This document shows, piece by piece, positions 34,624-45,700 of a stretch of DNA of 64,000 nt. Location of the stretch: NCBI GenBank assembly GCA_004764695.1, contig SMSO01000025.1, forward strand, positions 5,248,862 through 5,312,861. The letters run 5' to 3'. A program made the translations under genes and the position numbers. Under the pieces are notes generated by a model that was given only the letters and a program-made list of their open reading frames with translations, was not told the DNA's origin and did no database searches. Position 1 is the stretch's first letter. Each line of letters starts with the position of its first letter. This DNA is from Schizochytrium sp. TIO01. Its lineage: Eukaryota; Protista; Bigyra: Labyrinthulomycetes.

Positions 34624-35922
34624 TTAAGCGGGCTCGGTCGCACAGGTGGCTGAAATGAACTCGAGGGCAGCCTTATGAAGTCCTAGGTGGGTTGCAAGGT
34701 TTTCGAATCCATGGTCTACAGAGAGATTTGTGGCAGCGTTTTGTGAATTGTTCGATCGGGAGCGTGACAAAAGGCGAAGCAAGTGGGCTCTTGTTTCTAA
34801 GCATCTACCTGCATCACTCGGACGAAAGACGGGAGCCCAAACCAGAAAAGCCTGACCTCGACCACGAAGACGAATACGTAGAATTTTACTCACTCCGTCC
34901 AAAATAGCTGGGTCGTCAAAGTTTGTGAGGGACCATGACACAACCGTTTTGCATGCATGGGGGAATTTGTCTGTGAGCATATTAAACAAACGATCTCGTT
35001 CTGTGTGAAAGCGACCATAGTCTGCAAAGACACTAAAGAATGTTCGAAAGCATGCCTTTTCTCGACAGTGCACGAGCGCAGGTGCAATTTCCAAGGCAAC
35101 TTCATCAGACACATCAAGGTTTAGATCCGAAACTTTCTGCTCACGTTCATGGACAAGGAAAGTTGCTTTGAAAGTTGAGTTCTGTTGTGGAGAGTTCTTA
35201 GACTCCAATGCATCGTCGCCAGTGGTGTTCTTTTCCGCCTCAGCACTTGCTGCTTCACCACGAATAGTCCATGATGTCCGCCTAAGATCTGGTAACTGAA
35301 CACGATCAAGGCTCAGGATGCGTACGCCTGTGAGTTTTGCAAGTGCTGTGGTCATCTCTCTCAGACAGAGTGGCGTCTCTGACTCGGGGGCGATGGGGAT
35401 GGGTACATTCTTATCGAGACCCTCCATACGATAGAACGTTGTGCTTGCGTCGCGAACATCTTCATGCTGGATTGTATTGAGAAACGACCGTGTGTTGTTT
35501 ATTACAAGGATCTTACGGAGCTCCCGAAGCTCGTTCTCGCCTCGAATTTGGCTTGCTTGGATGTCCTCATCTTCGTCTTGGTCAGACTGGCCACTCGAAT
35601 TTTTCCCCATGCTCCGGGTGATCTCTGTTCTTGTGCGTTTAACCCTGGCCCGTGCCTGGGTGACTGCACGCTTCAGAGCATAAATTTCCTCATCCTCTTC
35701 ATCCTCGAGACTATGCCCGGCTCTTCGTCTGCCGTCCCCATCCTCGCCGTCTTCGTCATGTAGCGCGAATCGTCGAATCCTGAGGTTTTCATCATCTTCA
35801 TCTTCAACATCTGGACGTCCGCGACGCACGCCACGGCCGACAGGAGCATCGATTCGACCGCGCAGAGTACCTCGCTGGGCACGCTGGAGTCCTTGCGCAA
35901 GGTTTCGCGCGTGCTCCTCCAT
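34624..35922 (-). CDS. CENPP: Centromere protein P (CENP-P/Ctf19)-like double-RWD kinetochore protein
   Basis: Coiled N-terminus, then LAKLTGV..., FKATFLVHE...VSDLNLDV..., FRTFF...ERDRLFNMLTDKFP, FLVW, GFENLATHLGLHKAALEFI. This parallels human CENP-P as recalled (LTGI, VTDLNII, RKRTFKHLKEKYP, FRTLVGLLGIEAALESLI). Confidence 0.65.
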   Translation of the reverse strand: MEEHARNLAQGLQRAQRGTLRGRIDAPVGRGVRRGRPDVEDEDDENLRIRRFALHDEDGEDGDGRRRAGHSLEDEEDEEIYALKRAVTQARARVKRTRTEITRSMGKNSSGQSDQDEDEDIQASQIRGENELRELRKILVINNTRSFLNTIQHEDVRDASTTFYRMEGLDKNVPIPIAPESETPLCLREMTTALAKLTGVRILSLDRVQLPDLRRTSWTIRGEAASAEAEKNTTGDDALESKNSPQQNSTFKATFLVHEREQKVSDLNLDVSDEVALEIAPALVHCREKACFRTFFSVFADYGRFHTERDRLFNMLTDKFPHACKTVVSWSLTNFDDPAILDGVSKILRIRLRGRGQAFLVWAPVFRPSDAGRCLETRAHLLRLLSRSRSNNSQNAATNLSVDHGFENLATHLGLHKAALEFISATCATEPA

Positions 35923-37365
35923 GGTGCTTGCGCAGAACACTCGATTATATGAATTACTCTTTTGAATACTTTGCCACCGTTAGGTCCGGGAAATCGGCAA
36001 AACTACAGTTTTACTTTTTAGGCCTATTTATGAATTCTTTCAGTTAAACTTTTTCTTTGCTAAATAGTTTCACGGTAGTATGCTGTCGAGAATCAATCGA
36101 CTCGTCTGACCATTCTTACCTTCTCAGATTTTCACTGTGACACTTTTATTTGAAAGTCATGTACAGAGTCCAAGAGGCTTTAGAGCTATCCTTGAAGAAA
36201 AGATTGGTGGAATTCCGTTCATCGCTTCTTACTGGTTTTTATGGATTTGGGAGCGCAGTTGGAGAAAATGGTATCAACAATGTTGCGTGAAAGTATTCTA
36301 AGGAGAAGTTTGTTGTGTAAACCATTAATACCAAAATATAGAAATGAGCTGGGGTAAATGGAGTGCAAGAGTCATCTCGAAGGGTAATGATGTTAGACAA
36401 AGAAGACCATTTACACTTAACGGAGACTTGCTGGAAATGCAGAGATCTTGATGCAGGTAATGAACAATAGAAGGTACGAATTCAAGGCAAGGGAGATATT
36501 ACATGGTTCATGGAAATATTGGGTTCATTCTTATATATTGAATATATTGAAGAGAAAACTATGTTTCTGTGAGAGGCTCTGGTATTTGTTGACTCATGTG
36601 ACCTCCAGCCCCAAGTAATAATTTCACATGTTACTGTCAAATATAAAAGAAGAATTTAACTTGGAACTGGTGAGTAAAGAGACGTTTAATTTTGACAATA
36701 TGATGAATAGAAGGGCACCAGCTGCATACTAGGTGGAGATGGGTCCATTCAGTCTATGCCCAGTGAAGGATTCCTTTCCAACACGAGCCAGAAGAAGTCG
36801 AGGACGCTGTTTCAGTCTTCGAGTACACGCCTGAGCTAGAAGAAACATCTCAAGCACCTAACAAGCTTTAATATGAGCCAAATGAGAAATTTCCTAAGAA
36901 ACATTGAAATGAATAGATATGCTGCTGATAATTCATAACATCAATTGAGTTTCTACAGAAATTACTTCAACTAAGCCTCCCTTTTAAAAGCTATTCTTCT
37001 TCATCTTCAAGTTGAACGTTTCTTATGAGTTCCCATTGTATATCAGATATGGATTAACGTTCGGTCCAGTTAAAATGAGCAAGACTTTAGGAAAGCTTCT
37101 GATGAGAGAAAGGACGAGGACATGTTCTTGTCGTCTCGCATTCTTTTTCTCATTGCTATATTAATCTTGAATTCTCTTTGAATGTCAAATATATGCTAAA
37201 CAATGAAAGTGCTTATACCTTTTTTCCTTATTAAATTTTAAAAAAAAAATGTGGTTAACTTCTCGCATCAAAATTGCAATTCCTACATTAAAACAGTATC
37301 CATACAAAGAAGATGTAGTTTTAAAATATGTATGATCATTATATAATTTAAAAATAGTTTTTAAT

Positions 37366-37386
37366 TATATATATATATATATATAT
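37366..37386. repeat. (TA)n microsatellite inside a very AT-rich block (about 37220-37510)
   Basis: Seen directly. Confidence 0.9.
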
Positions 37387-37883
37387 AATATATCCAAATC
37401 TTTAAAAAATATATATATTAAAAAAAAAAGAAACAAATACGCACATGTTTTAATTAATATTTTTTTTTAAATAAAAAAGTTAGATATAATATTAATAACA
37501 AAGGATGATTATATTGAAGAGGAAAAACGTTATAGTCATCAATGACTAGATGCTGAGGGAAATGAATGAGAAAAAACAACCCAGATCAGAAAGATAGAAT
37601 TTTATGGCTCTACACAATCGCGGTTGAGCATGTTGGGCAAGCAAGTACATGATGCAGCACTCGTTGAGTTTCCCACGGCACAAATATAGCTTTCCAGGAA
37701 CACCCACTCGACTTTGCATAAGCCTCCTGATTCGACTCAAGCTACCTCAGTGCTTGCGTCGAACTTCTCGAGGAAATTGGGATCGGAAGGCCTCTCACGA
37801 GGGAACAGATGCAGATTTCGCTGCAAACGGCGATGAACCACTCCAGAGCAGTACCCACGAGTCGTTCCAGGTATAGAGGTACG

Positions 37884-38560
37884 TCAGAGGTTCGCCCTTG
37901 CGTTTCTCACTGTCAAAGATTTACCGGGCGTAAGTTGCACAAAGCATGTCAAGATGCTTAAGCTTGGGATGAGGGGATTAGTTTCGGTATCAGTATCGGG
38001 CAGACAAATGGATCTTCTTATCTCACAGTGGTCTCCCTGGTTGTACAGAGGTACCAGGTAACGAGAAACCGAGGAATTTACAGGAACAGGGAGCTTGACA
38101 TACGCGAGTTCCAGCGCTTGCCCTGGTTCAATAGGATCGTGAAGGCGGCGCAACTTGGGTGGTTCTTGGACGTAACTTGTCATTGATGAGCAAATGATAG
38201 ATCTTATGAGAAGCTGGGACACGAAGTAAAGTTAAGTCGAATGATTAAAAAAGAAACGAAAGGAGGGGCAGAAACCTCGTGCTAGGGTAGAAGAGTGTAA
38301 CGGGAACTTGAAGATCGTCAGTTAGTCAGGTGGGTATCAGGTTGGAGGCATAAACGGATGTGCTACGTACTCCCGGAGAGTAGAGAGACGCAAGCTTTGC
38401 GCAAAATGGGTTTGTTTGATGCTGAAAGTAATGGAGACATTGTAAAATTAGTGTCGTTAATAATCGATTGGTGGGATAGATCTCTGATCTAAGTGATATG
38501 GTATCCAGCATTCATCTTCAGGACGACCACTTGAGGACGCCTGTAATGATTCAAGCCGAC
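37884..38560 (-). pseudogene. Possible decayed retroelement pol fragment (retropepsin-like)
   Basis: One minus frame reads IITGVLKWSS*R*MLDTISLRSEI, resembling V.G.lnG...r.mlDtGs..S.I; multiple stops; no LTR or RT seen. Confidence 0.2.
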
Positions 38561-38955
38561 AAAGCTGGCTGAGTAAAACGGGGCTGTAATGGAGGCAGAT
38601 GAAGCGCGACATTTTGCCTGCAGAGAGACTTGCATTCAACCTGTAGGAGATGGCAATATCTGGATTCTGTACCATCAATAATACAATACAGGTTACCTTG
38701 GATTGTAGTAGCTGGGAAAGTAGTTCTTTGAATTTAAACGAAAAGGACGCCCAGCTGGCATCGTAGAGCCTTGATTTACAAGGATGAACCTAGGGAAATG
38801 TTCAAAGAAAGAGATAAAGACAGGTGCGAGTTTTGTAATTTTCTATACCTAAAGAAGAAAGTAAAGGGAGCGTTGTGTGTTTTGGTAGTAGTAGAATGTT
38901 TTGTGTTTTTTCTTTTTTAAACTTAGCTTGACATGACCGGGCACGAAGAGGCGAC

Positions 38956-40746
38956 TTACATCTTCTCGTAAGCGGGGCCACCACCACCCTCGGGGACGGT
39001 CCAGCGAATGTACTCGTTGGGCATCTTGATGCTGCACATCTTGCAGTGAAGGCAGTTGGAGGCGTTGATAACAAGCTGGGGCTTGCCGTTCTCATCGTCC
39101 GCGTATTCGTACACTTTAGCAGGGCAGAAGCGCTGCTCGGGGCCGGCGTATTTGGAAATGCTGACATCCGGCATGTCCTTGAGCTCGGGCTTGATCTTCA
39201 AGTGAGCAGGCTGGTCAGCCTCGTGGTTGGTGCCACTGGTGGAAAGGTTGGCCAAAAGGTCAAAAGAGATGACACCATCGGGCTTGGGGTAGTCGATGGG
39301 GGTGTGCTTGTCAGCAGGCTCGGTGGCGTCGCAGTCGCGCATCTTGCCGTGCTTGGAGAAAGTCCAGGGCTCCATGCCGCGGAGGACGAAACCGGAGATA
39401 CCGGAGTAGATGACACCGGCGTAGAGACCCCACTTAAAGGCAGGGGCGTAGTTACGGACGGACTTGAGCTCGTCGTAGACCCAGGAGCCCTTGAGCTTGT
39501 CGGAGTAGGTGGTGACCTCAGCGGCCTCACCCTCCTCGATGTTCTCGAGGGCCTCGTACACGGCCTCGGCAGCGAGCATACCGGACTTCATGGCGGTGTG
39601 CGAACCCTTGACCTTGGGCACGTTAAGGAAACCGGCGGAGCAGCCAACAAGAAGTCCACCAGGCATGGTGAGCTTGGGGATAGCCTGGAAGCCACCCTCG
39701 TTGATGACGCGGGCACCGTAAGACATGCGCTCACCGCCCTCGAGGTACTGCTTGACCTTGGGGTGGTGCTTGAAGCGCTGGAACTCCTGGTACGGGGAGA
39801 GGTACGGGTTCTTGTAATCAGCACCGACGACGAAGCCGATGAAGATCTCATCCTCACCGTAGTGGTACATGAAGCTGCCACCGTAGGTGCTGGAGTCAAG
39901 GGGCCATCCGAAGGTGTGCTGGATGAGACCGCGCTGGTGCTTCTCCTTGGGGATGCGCCAGATTTCCTTGACACCGAGACCGTAGCTCTGCATGTCGCTG
40001 TCCTTGCGGAGGTCGTACTTGGCGATGACCTCCTCGGAGCAGCTTCCGCGAGCACCCTCGGCAAAAATGGTCTGCTTCGCGCGAAGCTCCATGCCGCGCA
40101 TGAAGGTGTCCTTGACCTCGCCGGCCTTGGAGATACCCATGTCTCCGGTGGCAACACCAACGACGGCTCCCTTGTCATTGTAGAGAACCTCTGCGGCGGG
40201 GAAGCCAGGGTAGATTTCTACACCGAGCTCCTCAGCCTTGGCGCCGAGCCAGCGAACGAGGAGGTTGAGGGAGATGATGTAGTTGCCGTGGTTGTGGAGG
40301 GTGGGCGGGATGAGCAGCGAGGGGGCCTCGATCGCGCTCTGGTCGTTCATGAGGAAGAGAAACTTGTCCTCGCCGGCGGGGGTGGGGTCGTCACCAAGGG
40401 CGCCCTGCTCCTTCCAGTCCGGGAAGAGCTCCGCAAGTGCGGTGGGCTGGAAGACGTTACCGGAGAGGATGTGGCTGCCGACCTCGGCACCCTTCTCGAC
40501 AACGCACACGCTGACCTCGCGGCCCTTTTCGGCCTCGAGCTGCTTCAGCTTGATGGCAGCAGACAGACCGGCAGGGCCGGCACCGACGATGACCACATCG
40601 TACTCCATGGCCTCGCGCTCCATGTTGCGGGGATCATCCTCGTCAGCGACGGAGCTCAGGCCGCGCACGGCGAACCGCACGGGCGACTGAACAGGGGAGC
40701 GGCGGCCCAGGCGGGCTGCCGCCGAGCTCACGCGGCGCATCATCAT
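38956..40746 (-). CDS. ETFDH: Electron transfer flavoprotein-ubiquinone oxidoreductase, mitochondrial
   Basis: Arg-rich presequence; FAD motif DVVIVGAGPAGLSAAI; GFLNVPKVKGSHTAMKSGMLAAE; Fe-S motif RFCPAKVYE...NCLHCKMCSIK...WTVPEGGGGPAY. Confidence 0.97.
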   Translation of the reverse strand: MMMRRVSSAAARLGRRSPVQSPVRFAVRGLSSVADEDDPRNMEREAMEYDVVIVGAGPAGLSAAIKLKQLEAEKGREVSVCVVEKGAEVGSHILSGNVFQPTALAELFPDWKEQGALGDDPTPAGEDKFLFLMNDQSAIEAPSLLIPPTLHNHGNYIISLNLLVRWLGAKAEELGVEIYPGFPAAEVLYNDKGAVVGVATGDMGISKAGEVKDTFMRGMELRAKQTIFAEGARGSCSEEVIAKYDLRKDSDMQSYGLGVKEIWRIPKEKHQRGLIQHTFGWPLDSSTYGGSFMYHYGEDEIFIGFVVGADYKNPYLSPYQEFQRFKHHPKVKQYLEGGERMSYGARVINEGGFQAIPKLTMPGGLLVGCSAGFLNVPKVKGSHTAMKSGMLAAEAVYEALENIEEGEAAEVTTYSDKLKGSWVYDELKSVRNYAPAFKWGLYAGVIYSGISGFVLRGMEPWTFSKHGKMRDCDATEPADKHTPIDYPKPDGVISFDLLANLSTSGTNHEADQPAHLKIKPELKDMPDVSISKYAGPEQRFCPAKVYEYADDENGKPQLVINASNCLHCKMCSIKMPNEYIRWTVPEGGGGPAYEKM

Positions 40747-40899
40747 GGTCTAGCTCGGGCGTCGAGTCCAAGGCAGTTCGGGCTCTGCTCGCTCTCGCTG
40801 GAGCCAATTCCGAGTTGATTGATTGATTGCCGCGGCCTTTTCTTTCTATCTATCTTGTTATCATTTCAAGTTCAAAAACAAACACTACTACCTACTACT

Positions 40900-42710
40900 A
40901 ACTACAATTCAAGTCCAAATTCAAATTCAAATTCAAATTCAAATTCAAATCCAAATTCAAATTCAAATTCAAAACTAAACGATCGGCATCTTCCAAAACC
41001 ACTTGGTGAGCTTTACTTTATCTTTCCTTTTCTTTTTTCTTTGGCTTGTTTTGTTTGTTTGTTTGTTTGTTTGTTTTTTTAACGATGCTTTTGTGTGGAA
41101 ACTATAAAACTTTTATAACCGTGACGGTGCTGCTGCGACGAGTCCTATTGAACCGTAGCCCACCTCTACGCCGCCCTTCTTACAGAAGTAAAGTAAACTA
41201 AAGCCACTTCTAAACAAACGATTGAAGAAACAAACACAATATATTAAAACCAAAAAACAAGAAACTGGACGGAGGTCGCTAGCTCGCAGGCAGGCAGAAC
41301 TGTAGAACTAGCTTGCAGCATCAATCAATCATTCATTCATTCTTTCATCCATCCATCCATCCATCCATCCATCCATTCATTCGCTCGCATTCTCAAAAAC
41401 CAACGCGGCGACAGTTCTGCGCTTTTTTCTTTTCTTCTTTTCCAATCGCTCGCCGCTTTTCTTTCTTCATTCGCAGACTTGGACTGTGTCTTAAAGACGC
41501 CTCAAGTAGGTACCCACTGAGAGGAGCGGCTTCTTTTCTTTTCTTTTCTTGTCTTTAGACCACCTTCGAATTTTTTTATTTTTTATTTTTTTTTAAGAAT
41601 AAAAAGTAATGCCCTGTTCACGAGCGGTGACTGTCGCTTCGAAAAGCAGAGTCCCTTCTCTTTGCATTCAACTCGTGTCTTCTTCCTGAGCGCGTTTGAG
41701 ACAGACCTATCAAACTCTCGTCCGCCATTCCCGTCTCTTTCGCGAGCTCAGTTTCACAATCGCTGCGTCGATGACTGAGACTCTGCGAACTTAACCCTTC
41801 TCTGATTATTTTCCCATCCGAGTTTAGGCACCTACTTACTTACTTTCTTTCTTTCTTTCTTAGCCTGAAAAACAAATGAGCAATCAATCAATCAATCAAT
41901 CAATCAATTTAAAAAAAAAATGAAAAAATATTGAAAAAGCAGCGAGCTCTTGAAAACTCAGGTCTCTCTCTCTCTCTGCCTGCGTGTAAAAGGCCCGATA
42001 CTGCGAAGGCTTTGGAGCGAAGGCGCCGCTCTGCTCTGCTCTGCTCCTCCCTCTACCTCCGCAGAGCCTTCCTTTTCCTCTGCATTGCGAGCTTCTTTCT
42101 GCTCTTTGCTGCTTGGATGCACTACGCTTAATCCCTCTCTCTTTCCCTCTCTTTCATGAAAACCAAAACCAAAAAAAACAAACAAACAAACAAACAAAGA
42201 ACTTGGAAACTTAGAAAGAAACTTAGAAAGGAGGTCAGTTAGTTAGTTAGTTAGTTAGTTAATTAATTAATTAATTATTCATCTCTTTAATGTGATAAAC
42301 CGCCGCCTAGTGGTCTCCTACCGCTATTAAGTAGGGGTGCTCCCTTCTCCCTCTTAATTCCCGTCTCTTCGAGTTCACTTCACTTCACAAGCGCCGCTTT
42401 CTTCCTCCTCCTCTTTCTTCCCTTTGCAAGCGCGGCTTTCTTCCCTTTTCTTTTCTTTTCTTTTCCTTCTTTCCACTCCTCTTTTCTGTTTACTTCTCTT
42501 CTCTTCTCTTCTCTTTTCTTTTCTTTTCTTCTCTTCTCTTTTCTTCTGCCTTTCGGGATCCTTTCTCTGTCTCCTTCGAAGCCACGCCTGCAAACCGGCG
42601 CCTGCGCCGCTCGCCTGCTCCCGAGGCGGCTCAGGCCCTCATTGTGCGGCCTGGAGGGAGTCTTCTTCGCTGTCGTAGCCTTCTTCGCCGTCTTCGCCGT
42701 CGTCGTCGTC

Positions 42711-42741
<31 letters not shown>

Positions 42742-45700
42742 TGGCTGTGGCTATCGCTGTTTGTCTGTTGTAGTTGTTTTCTTTCGATTTCTTTTCTAGG
42801 CTTGATTTCATACATAATCCCACGCGCTCTTCCTGCGGAGTCCCTCCCCATACAACTTTGAAGAGACCATTGTCTTTAGCCTTCCATCTTCCCGCGCGGA
42901 TACAAGCGCGCGATATACTTGTAGTACCTTGGCATTTTTTATCCTGCACCTTCCTCCGCCGCTGTGTTCTAGATGGCGGCTAGGTACTCCTAAGAAAGCC
43001 TGCTTACTTATATTGGCCCAATGTATCTTTTAAACCATTACACGAACTGTATCGATACATGTTTATCTGCGAGAATGGCCTCTTCGATCGCTGCTGCTGA
43101 GGCAGGCAGGTCGAAGAAGAAGAGGCCTCAAAGGGGGCCCAAAGCTGCGCGGAGGGCGCCTGTGGAGGCCTCCTCTGCTCTCGATGCGTGGCTTTCAGCC
43201 CTTCTCTGAGCGCGAGCGGGACTAGTTTCCACATCGAGAAAGGAAGGCGGTGATGTTTACTTCACAAAGACAGACAGACAGACGATTCTTGCTCCATGTA
43301 CTTTTGCTCTTCAAGTTCTTCATCGATTTCGTTTCTCAGTAGTAACACTCATGATCATCTCTGTTTAAATATAAATAAAAAAAAACATACATGTTTTAAA
43401 GTATTTTACTTGAGATCCTTAAATAACAATCAATCAATCAATCAATCTAAACAGATAGATAAATGTCTTGTTGCTGCCTTTTTGCAAATTATGGGGGATT
43501 GATTAGCCACAAAATGCTGCTTTGAGCACGAAGGGATCCACTGTTTTGAAGGTCCTAGTTCCATGAAGAGCGTCGATTCCGCATCGCCATTATACGCCGC
43601 ACCATAGTAAGCACAGCACTGCGCATCATAGGCACCTCCGTGCGACCTGCGCTGTCCGCAGGGGCATTATCCTCCCGCGGAGTAAGTACTGTTATGCTCT
43701 CTCCTACAGTCTTTATAGCGCGCCTCGTCTGTTCGTGCGACTCCCTTTCTCAATTGAAGACCCCCAATCCTCTCTTTCTCGATTGTTTATACATTATAAT
43801 TAATTTTGATTGTTTGTTTTTGTTTTTGTTTGTTTGTTTGTTTGTTTGTTTGTAATGAAAACAGAACTCTCAATTCCAAATGAAATGCATTCTACTCATG
43901 CCTCCATTGTGAAATACCATCGTTGCCGCTGTCGTTCGAAGCCGCCACGATCTGAATACGAAAGAACCCTGCGCACGATAGGTACTACAAGTGCCCTTTC
44001 AAGCTTCTTTCCCTCCGTTTTTGCCGCCCCAAGATTCACAAGGAACGAGGATATCAGCAATAAAACCGGGACAATTTCAACGTGTACTGCATAAGTAGGT
44101 AGATAGATAGATAGATAGCTGTTGCTAGCAGGAGTGAGTGAGTGAGTGAGTGAGTGGGTTGGTGAGTAGTAGTGGTATGTAGGTAGGCGCTGTTCGTTCA
44201 TTTGCTGCAACGATAAAAGCAGCATTTGCTTTCATTCTTTCTGCAAAGATAGATCGTTTCAATTCATGGTTGATCGTTTTCATGATTGAAATGGCAAGTC
44301 ACATCTTGAAGTATAAGTATTTCTTCACTCCAAGTGCTCCTCTTTACTTTTTCTAATCTTGTTTAGTTTACTTCCCTTTTTTACTTCCTTTGTTAGTTAG
44401 TGTTCATTCGAAATTCTGGTCTTTCTGTTTTTCTTTTTCTTTTTTCCTCTTTTTAAATTTAGTTTTTAGTTGGTGTCTTTTACTTCGTTCATAACTTGAA
44501 GTTGAACTAGCACAATTAGCAGTAGATCTAGCAGGTACTACTGGACTCTCAAAGAGCTGCTGCCGCGGCTTTGTTTCTTGTGTTTGATTGGCTGATTCTC
44601 CGCGTCCTTTCTGCGCAGGTCATATCCGAGGCTCTCAAGCCGGGCGCTGCGACGAGATGCGGGTCCGCCGCGGCCCAAGAAGAGGCTCGAGGCAGCCTTT
44701 GCGGAAGCCTACGCAGAAAGAAACAGGGTTTCACGCGGCTCCGAGGGCATGAGACGAAATACGTTCCGAAGCGTTACACGCTGTTTCAGGAAGCAGGCGC
44801 GATTTCACGCGAGGCTCTTAAAAGTGGCCCAAGACCGCGTTCGCTAACATTCGTACACAGTCAACTACTCTTTTCATAATGTTAAAACTGAGAGTGTTAT
44901 GTTATCGGAATGAGGAAAGAGGCCCAAATGTGAAAGGGAGTAAGGATCCGGGTGCCTTACTACGTCGCTTGGAGAGCGAGTTTGCTGAAGCGTGGAATTT
45001 TCATCTCATTTCACGCACACGTTGGTTGAAAGGGAGACTCGCGAGCGGAAGGACCGTGGAATTGAGGGCCTCGTGATCGGCTTTTGACAGCTCTGAAGGG
45101 CGCACTTTGGCTCTGCTTCGGCTTTTCGCCTGACTTCTCTGTGCTTTCTTCGGCAGCCCAAAGCTCCGACTGAGATAATTAATCACGCCGCAGGAAAGAG
45201 TTTTGGACCCAGTGCTGGCGTCCTTGGGCCTGTATCTGATTTAGACGATGCACAGACGCGCACTGGCGCTGGTTAAGCCTAGAAGGCCACGGTGACCGCA
45301 ACAGTGAGAACATGAGAGTTTGTGCTGGTGAGGGATTCATACAGGTTACACATGAAGAAGGACTCTGCTGGCTAGCACGTACTATTACCTCCTTAGTTTC
45401 GCTTTTATACTTCCAATTTTTTTATTTCAAGAAACTCTTTTCTTTATTTCATAATAAAATAAAATAAAATAAAAATTTAGTAGCCTAAATGAAATATTTT
45501 TCATTTAAAATTTAAAATATATGATACTTCAATGTAACGTTAAGTTGTTTATTTTATGTTTTCCACTCACAGGATCTTCTTATAAGCTAAAAAATGCAAC
45601 ACATTGCATTACAAAATCAAACATGCCAACTCGAAGAAGAGGCAGGGACTAAATAAAGTCTTGACCAAAGAAACAATTGATTTATCTCTCTCGCATCATT

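Noticed and set aside
39046-40818. 590-aa ORF antisense to ETFDH
   Set aside because: Codon-registered shadow of a strongly biased gene that avoids TTA/CTA/TCA; no recognisable motifs and no ATG start
42375-42983. Low-complexity ORFs (poly-K/R/E, poly-T/A, poly-D)
   Set aside because: Translations of microsatellites that stay open in several frames
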